Part shown: one piece after another, positions 9,997 to 21,362 of the stretch
Layout: the number at the start of each line of letters is the position of its first letter
Numbering within the stretch: position 1 is the stretch's first letter
From: Yuukianura sp. NJ FZ-2021
Lineage: Eukaryota
Length of the DNA stretch: 64,000 nt
Direction of reading: 5' to 3'
Assembly: GCA_046563655.1 (NCBI GenBank)
Contig: CM102285.1
Location: 6,324,001 to 6,388,000, forward strand
Notes under the pieces: model-generated
What the model was told of the DNA's origin: nothing
The model's input: only the letters and a program-made list of their open reading frames with translations
The model's database searches: none
Program-made: the position numbers and the translations under genes

Positions 9997-12900
9997 TGTA
10001 GTGTATTCACACTTATCTTAGTTTTAGTCTCCCTAGTTTTAGTCAAAACTATGTCCCAGTATTAGGGTGTCCCCTCCCGATTCCTGCTCTGCGCCCTCAT
10101 CGCCTAGAGTAGGTACTAACGAAATGTGTGCTACACACACAACCTATCCCTGACCCGGTTTGTACATAACACAATTGGCCTTAGTTTAGAATAAACAATA
10201 GTTCATTGTTTTATTCAGTGTCTAGTTGTTGTACGTCATTTCGTAGACACAACATTTTTGGCGACGAGAGTCATGGCTACAATCGGTACTCTCAAACAGT
10301 TCGAGTCATCAGTGGACGATTTTGAGGTATGGTGTGATGTCTTCTATTCCTTTCTGGTTGCAAATTCTATCGATCAAAAAGAGGATGCTGATAAGTCTAG
10401 GGCGATCTTCCTGTCATGTGTTGGAATCCCCACTTACACAGTCCTCGTAAATCTGATTTCGCCAGAGATGCCGAATAAATTGAAGTTAGACAGAATCATT
10501 GAAGTCCTCAAAGCCCACTACAAGCCTCCACCAAAAGCACTGGCTGAAAGGTTCAAGTTTGCCAGTAGGAAGCAAAACAGTGGTGAAAGTGTAAATGCCT
10601 TTTTGGCTGAGTTACGCAAGCTAGCAACTACTTGCAAGTTTGGAAATGAACTAGAGTCCCGTCTTCGAGATCAGTTCATTTTTGGACTCTCCAGTGAACA
10701 GGCACAAAAAGTTATTTTTTCCAAGGACGATGCCATTACCCTCTCCGAAACAGTTAAACTAGCGGTGGCTCAGGAAATGGCAAGTACCAGTACTTCACTC
10801 GTCCGGGAACAGAATGGTCAATCCGCCGAACACGTGTTGAAAACAGTCTCTCAGAAGAAGAACACAAATGATGGTGGTAAAGGTCAATCCAACCGTAAGA
10901 CCAACAAACAATCAACTGGTAAAGGGAAAAAGTCGAATCAGTCAAATTCGTGTCCCAACTGTGGAAATACTTCACATACAAAAGCCAAAGATTGTCCACA
11001 TAAAAATGTCAAGTGTCATAACTGTGCAAAATTAGGTCATTTTGCTAAATATTGTCGTTCTGAGTCTTCCAGTTCCAAGCAGAGATCACAGACGAACGAT
11101 GTCAGTCAAGTCAATAATGTCCCTGCTGACAACCAGGACATTATTCGGATTCAAGTGACCATCAATCAAGTCCCTCACGTAATGGAATTTGATACCGGAT
11201 GTCGTCGCAGCATCCTATCAGAAGAATTCTGGAAGTCTTCACTTCGTTCTTCACCTCCACTTCAGAAGTCCAATCAATCATTCCGCACCTACACAAATGA
11301 AGTGTTTCACCCCAGTGGCAAGGTTTCAGTAAATCTGGGTTACTAAGGTCAAGTACACCATGTAACACTCAATGTCTCCAAAGGTACGTCACTTTTTGGG
11401 AGAGACTTGATTAGATTAGTGAAACCGGAATGGAATGACATTGTTGAACAGTGTAACATTGTCTCTTCTAATAAACTGAGTTTACAGTCCCTCCTTGCCG
11501 ACTTCTCCGATATTTTCAGTGCTTCTAATGGTTGTGTCAAGGACTATAAAGCAAAAATCGTACTGAAGGAAGATGCAGTTCCAAAATTCCTAAAGGCTCG
11601 ACCGATCCCTTTTGCTTTACGTCCGAAAGTTGATGCTGAACTTGATTCAATGGAAAAGGCAGGAGTAATTGAAAGAGTTGACACCAGTGAATGGGCATCC
11701 CCCATCGTCGTTGTTCCTAAAACTAACGGGAAAGTGAGAATCACTGGCGACTTCAAAAATACAGTCAACTGTCAACTTCATGTTACTCAATACCCCCTTG
11801 CTCGTTCTGAGGACTTATTCAGTGTTATTGCCGGTGGTGAAAAGTTCACACGACTTGACGGTCCCGATGCTTTTCATCAGGTGGAAGTCGATGAACAGTC
11901 AAAAAAGTGTTTAGTGATTAACACTCATCGTGGTCTCTACCGCTACCGTGTCCTACCTCAGGGTATTGCCTCCTCACCCGCAATTTTTCAAGAGTGCATG
12001 GACAAATTGCTCAAGGGAATCTCAATGTCCGGTTCGTTTATGGACGATACCCTAGTGAGTGGCAAAAACGATCAAGATCATCTCTCCTCACTGAAAATGG
12101 TTTTTGAGAGGATGAGAGCTTCAAATTACAAGTTGTCAAAATCAAAGTGTCAGTTTATGCAAAAGTCCCTTGAATTCATTGGTCATGTGATCACTTCGGA
12201 AGGCATACACGTCTCCCCGAAAAAATTCAAGCACTGTTAAGTATACAGCAACCACAAAGTGTCACGGAAGTGAAATCGTTTCTTGGCCTGGTTAACTTTT
12301 ATTGTCGTTTTGTTCCCTCACTTTCAGACATTTGCACCCCACTTTACGAACTAACCCGTAAAGATGTCAAGTTCAAATGGTCTAACCAGTGTCAGTCAGC
12401 GTTTGACAGAGTGAAACGTGAACTCTCAAACACTCCAGTACTCGCACACTATGATCAGTCCAAGCCGATCGGGATCAGCTGTGATGCCTCCAAGTTCGGA
12501 ATCGGTGTTGTTCTTTTTCACAAGGAAAATGGATTGGAACGACCTATCGCATTCGCTTCAAAAACTCTCACTGCCGCCGAGTCTCGTTATGCACAAATCG
12601 AGAAGGAAGCACTGTCAATTGTTTTTGGAGTGAAAAAGTTTTTTCAGTATTTGTGTGGTCGTACATTTTCTATCGTCACTGATCATAAACCACTTTTGTC
12701 TATTTTTGGTTCAAGTGCAGTTCCCTCGTTTGTGGCTACTCGACTTAACAAGTGGTCACTTTATCTGAGCCAATTTAACTTTGATATTTCTTACATAAAT
12801 ACCAAGGACCACGGTAATGCAGACGCACTCTCAAGGTTACCAGTCAAGTCTAATTGTTCCAGTGACGTTCTTGACTGCAGAGATGTTCACTTCCTCGCTG

Positions 12901-14570
12901 TAGAAAATTCAAACACTCTCCCAGTCACCTCTAAGAAAATTCGTAACTTCATGAAGCGAGACAGTGCACTCTCAATTGTTACACGTTATGTGCAAGACGG
13001 ATGGCCCAGTCATCTTCCAGATTCAGAAAAATACCTACAACCATTTTTCATCCGTCGTCATGAGCTCACCATTGTCCAAGGAATTTTGATGTGGGGAATT
13101 CGTGTCGTCATCCCATCAAAATTGAGACAACAGTTACTGGACGATCTTCATTCTACACACTCTGGCATTGTTCGAATGAAGAGCCTCGCCCGTCAGTTTG
13201 TTTGGTGGCCCGAGATCGACAAGGAAATTGAAAACATTGGCAAGTCATGTCAATCGTGTGGTTCTCAGCGATCAAACCCTCCAAGTGCTCCACTTCATCC
13301 GTGGGAATTTCCTGAGAGACCGTGGCAACGTCTACATGTCGACCTCGCAGGTCCATTTCTTAATCGAATGTGGTTAGTGGTCATGGACGCACATTCGAAA
13401 TGGCCTGAAGTTTTTAGTCTGGCCAACAATGCATCAAGCAAATCCGTTATTACCAAAGTTCGTGAGTGTCTCACTCGTTTTGGAATTCCAGACCAGATTG
13501 TAAGCGACAACGGAAGTCAATTTACGTCTGGCGAATTCAAAACCTTCTGTTCTTCGAATGGAATACGTCATTCCACAAGCTCCGCCTACCACCCCCGGTC
13601 CAATGGGGAAGCGGAACGCTTCGTTCGTACCTTCAAGGAAAGTCTGAAGAAATCCACAGGAGATGCAGAACTCTTTCTTCAACGTTTTCTTTTCAACTAC
13701 CGTATCACCCCTCATTCAACTACTGGAGCAGCGCCATGCGAACTCCTGCAGGGAAGGAAGTTGAAATGTTTGTTGGATTTTGTACGTCTTGACGTCCAAC
13801 CCTCAGTCTCCAACTCCCAACTTAAACAAAAGGAAAAGTTTGACCAAAAGTCAAAACAGCGTCAGTTCACCATTGGTCAACGCGTTTGGGTCCAAACATT
13901 TTCGAAAGGAGAAGAAAAATGGAGTCTGGGCACAATCAAATCTGCAGTCGGTCCGGTCACGTACACAGTTTCAACAAATGACAAGGACTACAAACGTCAC
14001 GTCAATCACATCTTGGATGCACCTCCACTCAAGACGGCTGACGCAGTTGCTGAACAGTACGAGTCTCCCGCAGCAGAAGATCCACCTTTGACCTTCTCTC
14101 CGCTTAAGGCTCAACCAGCGATTACACTCAACCCCAGTCCGGAAGTTCCAGTTCCACGTCCCGTTCCAACACAACCGACAGTCTCAGTCCCAGTTCCGGT
14201 ACAACAGGCACCGACGCCCGCCACTACCCGTCCTGTACTCCGACGCTCACAACGCCTCCTGGACAAGACACTCAACAACAGTCTCACCCAAAACAAGTGA
14301 AGGAAGGGATGGTGTAGTGTATTCACACTTATCTTAGTTTTAGTCTCCCTAGTTTTAGTCAAAACTATGTCCCAGTATTAGGGTGTCCCCTCCCGATTCC
14401 TGCTCTGCGCCCTCATCGCCTAGAGTAGGTACTAACGAAATGTGTGCTACACACACAACCTATCCCTGACCCGGTTTGTACATAACACAATTGGCCTTAG
14501 TTTAGAATAAACAATAGTTCATTGTTTTATTCAGTGTCTACTTGTTGTACGTCATTTCGTAGACACAACA
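9997..14570 (+). mobile_element. Full-length Ty3/gypsy (Mag-like) LTR retrotransposon 2
   Basis: 258-bp LTRs 9997-10254 and 14313-14570 (one mismatch seen), TSD GATTC, PBS TGGCGACGAG 10259-10268, PPT AAGGAAGGGATGG 14300-14312. Confidence 0.97.
10273..14300 (+). pseudogene. Disrupted gag-pol of gypsy element 2
   Basis: Two Zn knuckles, FDTG, FMDD, CDASK and an integrase core; broken by TAA at 11344-11346 and a frameshift in an A-run near 12225. Confidence 0.93.
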
Positions 14571-16077
14571 GATTCAGTCTCAATACAGATCTATTCAGAG
14601 CAACAGCTCTTCTCGGTCTTTGTGTATATTGATTGACCTTCTCGGCCAGTGACTCTGCTGACCTCGGCCCCACCGAGCAGCCACCATAGGAGTTTCCACA
14701 TCCGTTTCCGTCTCACGTGGCGACTAAGTGACTCAGGACGAGTCTTACAATCCGAAGATCCGAAGATCCGAAAACACCGAAAGGACAACTTCTACAACAA
14801 AAGGAAAGAAAGGTACCCCTAACACATCAAATTGCAGCCAATAGTGCTTGCTTTCGTTGTTTTTGCTAGTATAAGGTGGTTTTCAGGTCATCATAACGTT
14901 GGCCGTACACTGGTCATGCCCGATTTTCCAAAAAAAGGCTAAAACTTAACGTTTCATAAAAATTTTCAAAATGGCTGACTACAAGAGTCAGCAATAGAAG
15001 GGAAAAAAATAGAAAAAAAAAAGAGGAGCTTAAAGTAAAGACATTCGTATTAGCAGATTACCATATCCAATTATCTTTTCTTTCCATTGCATCCAGTGCA
15101 CTTTACCAAACATAAAGGAGCACAGCATCAGCACATAAACAAACAAATCCTTCCAGCTTCCTTTAGAATTACAAATAAACGAGAATTAAATCAAACAATG
15201 AACGAGTCAACGTCCGCCAACCCATTTTCTGATGACCAGCTTCAGTATTTGACACAACTAATGTCAACCGTTATCCAAGAGTCATTCAAAATTAGAGATC
15301 AACAAAAAGCACTACGAGAGGCCGAACAGGAACAACAAATCATACAGCTAATTCAGCAACAGAAGATAGAGCAACAAAAAGACGTTCCACAATTTACACT
15401 ACTTTCAAATCAACCTTCAACATCTCAACGAGCTATTGTACCAGTGCCATCTAGCGTCACTCAAAATCAAACCCAAACAACTCCAACAGTTCAATCGAGC
15501 TCAAACAACATTTCTGAAACAATTGTCGAGGCTATAAAAAACATTCGATTAACTACAGTCAATTCTCAAATTCCATTGCCGAAATTTGACACCAGACATT
15601 GTTGGATGCTTGTCACGAACTGATTTATTCATAGCTCACACACACTCAATGTGCAAGTGCATGACCTTGCGCACTTGCACATAACACTCCTTACACAAAA
15701 ACAGAGGAGCTACTGCACCTCTATATTATTTCTACGTACTATAGGAAGTGTGAAAGAGTGAAAGGGATAGACTTTGCTTTTTCCGTTCTTTCAAAAGACA
15801 TTTTCAAAAGGCCAAATTGAAGTGAAACAGAAGTTAAAACTCAAACCTCCTAATTAAGTTCATCGTTTGACTTACATCTACCTTCATCACTTAAATCTTA
15901 CGTCTTACATTATCAGATATGTTTCACATTTCTAGTATTGAGTAACATCTATTTAAAAATATTCTAAAAAGTTAAACTGTTTTTTTCTTTAGATGAATTG
16001 CGGTGAACAGAAGGTTTGGATTCTGAACAAGATCTAATTTTGATTTTTGATTGGCATGAGTCACGAGTTCTGGAAGC

Positions 16078-16232
16078 ATCCTTGGCGCATCCCTTCCGTT
16101 TTCCGTGCCCGGGAGGGACACGCTGGTACCAACGCTAGGTCAGTACCCCCGGGGGGAATACCGAAACTGGTACTAGTCTGTTCTTTTGTAGAGGCCTCCT
16201 TCCTCCTTTCTCACCTTCCTGGATTCCGTATG
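16078..16232 (-). other. Conserved structured RNA element in the 3' UTR (copy 1)
   Basis: GC-rich island homologous to 52275-52428; stems contain G-U pairs only when read on the element-sense strand. Confidence 0.6.
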
Positions 16233-16492
16233 AATGACGAATGAATGAATGTGAGAAAGTGACCTCCACTATTTTTATCCTAGGAAACACAAGTTAGACT
16301 AAAATTTTTAGTACTTCGAATTATGAAATATTTGAATTATCATGTATTAGCCGATTAGATCTAATGTCACCCATTCGTAGATTCATTCAGTTTAGATTTC
16401 CAGTTTCCGGCAGTGGTCAGTAATGGTCGTTGGCAGATTTCGGTTCAGTAGATGAGGTCTTGTATGAGGCTAGGTTAAGTGTAGTTCACTGG

Positions 16493-17308
16493 TTAGGTTG
16501 ATTCCTCTATTCCATTCAGCAATTCGTTTGAGGATAGGTTCTGGAAATAGACTTCAAGTGGGACTGCGCCTGAGCTGGGACATCGGCAGTACCTTCCGTC
16601 GTATCTTTTCTTCACTGCAAAAATCACCATGACGGCAACCATGATGATGCAGCAGACGTCAAATATTATCATAATTGACCCCTCGTACCAGGGAACGTTA
16701 TTCTCTTCTTCTGCACTGCTACTTGATCCCATCATCGTTGTATTCGTAATTTCACCTTTTGCCATTTTTGTCAATAGTATCATTCCTAGGAGGATCCCGA
16801 GGACTATCAGCTTCCCAGTCGCACCCCGGGTTGCGCGGTTCTCATGGGTGGGTACGGCTGGAACTCTATACCTGCGGGTGTCGGCGGCCGCCATTCTCTC
16901 CTTTTCTGTCATCATTTTCCAGTGATGACAATGCCAGCATGCTGTGACGTCCGATTCCTTACATTTTGAAACCCCTTCCCGGAGCCAGTAGCTGACGCAA
17001 CTAACCGCTGCGTCTTTCTCTTCCCTGCTCAAAAGGTTGCATGCCCGCAAATATCGAATTCGTTGTTCGGGCGTTTGACGTGTGTCCGTCGGCGACAGGT
17101 GCAGCCGCCGTCGACTGAAGTCGCTGAAGGTGATGTTCCTCCACCAATCTCTCCATCTGGGGTTATATGGTGGCGGGAGCCCATCTCTGTCTTCACTTTC
17201 CGCCCCAAATTCTATTGAACTTTCACTTTCTCTTTCACTGCCGGTGCGACTAACATAGCTTTCGTCACTGAAATAAGTGATGTCACTGTCATGACTGTAG
17301 TCGGTCAT
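16493..17308 (-). CDS. Accessory membrane protein (271 aa) downstream of integrase
   Basis: Intact ATG-to-stop ORF in element sense, with LPPPY, hydrophobic segments LIVLGILLGMILL and IMIIFDVCCIIMVAVMVIFAV, an NTT sequon between them and KKR after the second. Confidence 0.7.
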   Translation of the reverse strand: MTDYSHDSDITYFSDESYVSRTGSERESESSIEFGAESEDRDGLPPPYNPRWRDWWRNITFSDFSRRRLHLSPTDTRQTPEQRIRYLRACNLLSREEKDAAVSCVSYWLREGVSKCKESDVTACWHCHHWKMMTEKERMAAADTRRYRVPAVPTHENRATRGATGKLIVLGILLGMILLTKMAKGEITNTTMMGSSSSAEEENNVPWYEGSIMIIFDVCCIIMVAVMVIFAVKKRYDGRYCRCPSSGAVPLEVYFQNLSSNELLNGIEEST

Positions 17309-17394
17309 GCTTGAGATTATTATTCAGTAGTTATCAGTTTTCACTTTCCCCTGACTTTCACTATAACTTGAGCCTTCCCTAGCAACCCCTGTAG

Positions 17395-18590
17395 TTACTT
17401 TTGTTTCTTCACAATTTGGTCGTTTTTCCTTCTGGGTCTCAAATTGTAACGTTGAGTAGATGTGTGGATAGTTAGATCTTGATTTTGACTTTTAAGTGAT
17501 TTTCCATCTTCCGTTAAGTTTTTCATGACGTCATCTTTTCCAGATCCTATTCCTTTGCTAAGATCATGATTTGAATCTGTGGATTGATTCGGGGCGTCTC
17601 CCGTCATGTTCATTGTTCCTAATTTGTCTTCCCCCTTGTTCTCCTCCTCATCGGTTGTAGTTTTTGGTGGCTCTCTTGGTGGATCTTCATTTGTAAAGCC
17701 TGAATCTGCATTGCTTTCGCCTTCGTCTCCTTTTTCATGAATAAGATGCAAATCCTTATTCCTCCGTAAATACGGTTTCATCTTATCTACATGGACTGTT
17801 TTGCGGTGCTTAGCTTTGCCAGCCGAATATTCCACTACGTAGTTGACTGGTGACCTCTTTTCCATAACAATGTAGGGACCACTGAAGTACTCCATGAGTT
17901 TGGCCGAAAGTCCTTTCTTTTTTGCAAATTTTCGAATGACGACTTCGGATCCAATTTCAAACTCCGGAGGCGGCGTCAATTTTGAGTTGACCCTTTTGGT
18001 GTATTTTTCTTGCTCCTCCGTGATGTGTGCTTTCGCTAGCAGTCTGGTCTCAGAAATCCACTTATGAAGGTCTTCGACCTCTTGGCATGCTGTGTATTCC
18101 GGTAGTAGCGCTAAAGCTGGTAGTTTAGCTTCTCGACCGTACATTAGGAAGAATGGTGACACTCTAGTGGTCTTTTGAGTTGAAGTATTGTAGGCAAAGA
18201 CCAAATGTGGTAGAAAAATGTCCCAATCCTTCTGATTAGTGCTGACGTACATGGAAATACAGTCAGTCAGTGTTGAGTGCGACTGCTGTCCCTGTCGCAA
18301 GTCGCAGTCCCTGTGATTGTGGATGGTAGGCGGTGCTTTTGTTGTGGTCAATTCCTAGCAGATGGTTGATATTTTTGAAAAGATCGCTCGTCAGGATGCT
18401 TCCTTGATCACTTTGGATGACCCTTGGGCAGCCGTGGCGACAAATCACTTGGTCCACCAGAAATTTTGCCAATTCGAGCGTGTCCGCATTTCTAAGGGCC
18501 TTCGCTTCTATCCACTTCGTCAGGTAGTCCACTGCGGTGACTACGTACTTATTTCCTTTAGCTGACCTATTAAATGGCCCCATCACATCA
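17395..18590 (-). pseudogene. Gypsy integrase core + GPY/F domain, frameshifted
   Basis: DVMGPF, VDYLTKWIEA, SDQG, STAYHPQSQG, WDIFLPHLVFAYNT, SPFFLMYGRE, FSGPY, VHVDKMKPY in two frames. Confidence 0.92.
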
Positions 18591-19439
18591 ATGAGAGCTC
18601 GTTCAGCTCGTCCACCATTGTTGGATGCTTGTCACGAACTGATTTATTCATAGCTCACACATACTCAATGTGCAAGTGCATGACCTTGCGCACTTGCACA
18701 TAACAACATCATACAGCCGAATCTTTCTTAAAAGACGTTGAACTTTACTTCGTCAGTCAAGGTTACGCCGCTCCTCAATGGCTTTACCTCGTAAAAACAG
18801 TACTTCCAGAAGAATGTCACGCATGGTGGCAACACACTCATTCCCAATCTGAATCTTGGGAGCAATTTAAAACAATATTTATCGACAGATTTGACGGACC
18901 TAGCGAACAGCGCAACAGAATGCGATATTTTTCAAACAAAATCCAAGGAATCAATGATCCTACTGAAACTTACATCTACGAAACTCTACGTCTCGCCAAA
19001 TTATGCTATCCAAAAGAAACAATCTCCGAACAACTTGAGCGATTACAAGCATCAATTTTTTCCAGGCTTCGTACACATTTGATACTCCGAAATTTCGACT
19101 GTCCAGCAGAGCTTTTCAAAGATTGCAAACGAATTCATGGAAACCTGTCAGCAGAAGACAAAATATACGGAATTTTCGACGCACTTCTTCCATTAGTGTC
19201 GTGCTCATTTGAAAACGCACAAAGTTCTCGTCGTCAGCGGAACTCTCCTCCAGAATATGATTACAACAACCTTGAAAACTTCGAAAACTTAGAATTTCAA
19301 AATCCTGAATACTCTCCAGGAAATTTCAATGAGTCATACTACAATCCAAATCTTCAACAAAAAACTCTGCAGAATTCAGAATTTTACGCCCTTGATGGGA
19401 ACCACCCTGGAAGGGAAAATGACATTTACAGAAATAATG

Positions 19440-19612
19440 GAGTAGTAACGTCTCTGTGGGCGCTACTACAAAACAAACATGACCTGTATTTCAAAAATGT
19501 AAACATGAACTACTTTTCGAAACTGAACTTCTGTCAGTGCAGTTGCACTGACAGAAGTTGAGTCTGTGAACTTTCTGAGTGCATGAGAAGAAGATGATCT
19601 CATCCTCTCATA
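19440..19612 (-). mobile_element. End of a hairpin-terminated interspersed repeat (Helentron/HINE-like), copy 1 of 3
   Basis: Homologous to 33640-33754 and 62530-62648; terminal stem GTAGTAGCG/CGTTACTAC; extra 16-bp palindrome at 19526-19559. Confidence 0.55.
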
Positions 19613-20042
19613 AGTTTTTTGTATGAATCTTCCAGACACATTAAATATGACATTAAGGCTTTACTTGGAGTTCGAGTGTTCCAGAAGTTTTTTTTTGTCT
19701 GTGTAACTTCACCATCTCATTTCTCATATCCCACCATTGAGTTTATGAGTTTTGTGCAGAAAAAAGATTTAACTAACTTTTGGAACACCCGAACCAGTGT
19801 GCGAATATGTCATAGGTGAAAGCAGAAATGTTTAAACAAAAGTTTCATCTTTGACAAAGTAGCATATGCAATGTATCAATTTGTTATGACACTTAATTTT
19901 TATGACTTTCTTTCGCATTAATCAATGCGCTTTGATGGAATCAATGCAGATTTTGGCATTCAACTTTAGTTCAGTTCTTAAGCTTACCAATGTAAGTGTT
20001 CCAAAGACGTTAAAAAAAATTCGTAAAAATTCGAAAAAACAG

Positions 20043-21360
20043 TGGCGGTGATTTGTGGAATATGTCTTGTAGACATTTTGGAAGACGGTGAAGTTTTGTG
20101 GGCGACTAAGTGCTCACACGTATTTCACAAGTAAGCCAAAAATTAATTCTGAATTTTTTTGATTCATTTTCAAAAAAAAATTTTGTTTGATGTTTTACGA
20201 AAAATAATTCTTTCGGTTGTTTTTGAAAATCGTTATCTTTTGTTGTTTCAGACGATGCCTCCTCATTGCAAATCAATCTTGGATATTTCGAAAATTGAAG
20301 ATGGACGTGCGAAGGCAAAAGCTGAGAAAAGGGCTTACGTCAAACCTGAAAAATTCGAGTAAGTTTTTTCTTAATTACCATATTCTTAGTAAAAATTGTA
20401 ATTTTGTATTTGTTTGTAGACCGCAATGCCCATTTTAACTCCGATGGAATTTAGCCCGGAAACGAGCGAGACTTCTCCGTCCGTGGCTGGGATGAGGATT
20501 ATTTTGAGCGAAGATGAGACGCCAAGACCAAGGTTAAAATTTCGAAAAATTAAGTCCTATTAATTAATTTGGTATATGAAGTTGAATGTTGTCTGTTTTG
20601 ACTAGAACTCCACCACCTCCTCCCCCACCCACTGCACATGCCTCGACTTCGACAGGTTCAACATCCCCGTCACTTCTGGAATGCAGGTAAGAATTTTATT
20701 TTGTAAGAAAAAATTCGGCTTACAATTTTAAAACTAATCTTGGTTTGTAAAATTTCTTTTTGTTTTTTAGATGTATCACCAAACAACCAAGCTACTGCGA
20801 GTTGGTTGAAGAAAAAGTCAGGCAGCAGCGTGTGAGGACTGTGGGGAGGGATAAAAGAGGAAACAAAGGACAAGCCAGAAAAAATAAAGGAACCGAGTGG
20901 GACTCGAACCCACACCTCTTCAATCCGGGAAGATGCTCTCTACCAATTGAGCTACCGGTTCGATCTGGCTTGTCATGGGAAGGGAACTGGTGTATGTGAG
21001 GGGAGTGAGACACGGGCCACTTCGTACACCATTCATCCTGGAGATTGGGAGTGGGGACTTGCTGACCAATCGCCACAAGCGAATGAAAATTTATTCCGAA
21101 AAAAAAAACGTGCGGATGATGCGCCAGATGTTTTGAACCAAATTCCGCAACGACAAACCAACACTGAGGAAGCTGCACCGAATCAACATAAGCGACGGAA
21201 GACAGATTCCGATTTGAACCGAGCTAATCCTGGACCGTCACGGAATTTGACCCCGGCAACTGCAGGACCGTCACCTAATTCTTCACAGCTGATTGCAGGA
21301 CCACCACGGACTTCGCTTCCGCCATGTTCAGGAGCGTCACGGAATTTGCCAACTGATTCA
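20043..21360 (+). pseudogene. Multi-exon RING-H2 finger gene fragment
   Basis: CGICLVDILEDGEVLWATKCSHVFH then a GTAAG donor at 20131; the next exon carries PHCKSIL; further short GT-AG introns; truncated by the copia sequence. Confidence 0.5.
20889..20961 (-). tRNA. tRNA-like cloverleaf with non-canonical anticodon loop (pseudo-tRNA or element-borne)
   Basis: GAACCGG-TAGCTCAATTGGTAGAGAGC-ATCTTC-CCGGATT-GAAGA-GGT-GTGGGTTCGAGTCCCAC-TCGGTTCC followed by TTTATTTTTT. All four stems pair, but the loop has C33 and T37. Confidence 0.6.
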
Positions 21361-21362
21361 AA

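Larger units (their letters stand above)
15600..18705 (-). mobile_element. Internally deleted gypsy-type element with 87-bp LTRs
   Basis: LTRs 15600-15686 and 18619-18705 (TG...CA, one mismatch), 4-bp TSD ACAT, and minus-strand PBS TGGTGGACG directly followed by the integrase core. Confidence 0.93.
15198..19430 (+). pseudogene. Ty3/gypsy-type gag (capsid) ORF split by the 87-bp-LTR element
   Basis: ...IPLPKFDTRH (to 15599) rejoins, after removing the insert and one ACAT, with HTAESFLKDVELYF...AWWQH...SWEQFKTIFIDRF...KIQGINDPTETYIYE (from 18710), a retrotransposon capsid pattern. Confidence 0.7.

Noticed and set aside
11344..11346. Programmed gag-pol readthrough stop
   Set aside because: The TAA falls inside the protease after the DTG motif, and the sister element has a sense codon there (YHGQ).
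16078..16232. Hammerhead ribozyme
   Set aside because: GAAAC is present on one strand but the CUGANGA core is absent on both.
20889..20961. Functional tRNA-Ser(GGA)
   Set aside because: C33 and pyrimidine 37, no long variable arm; kept only as tRNA-like.
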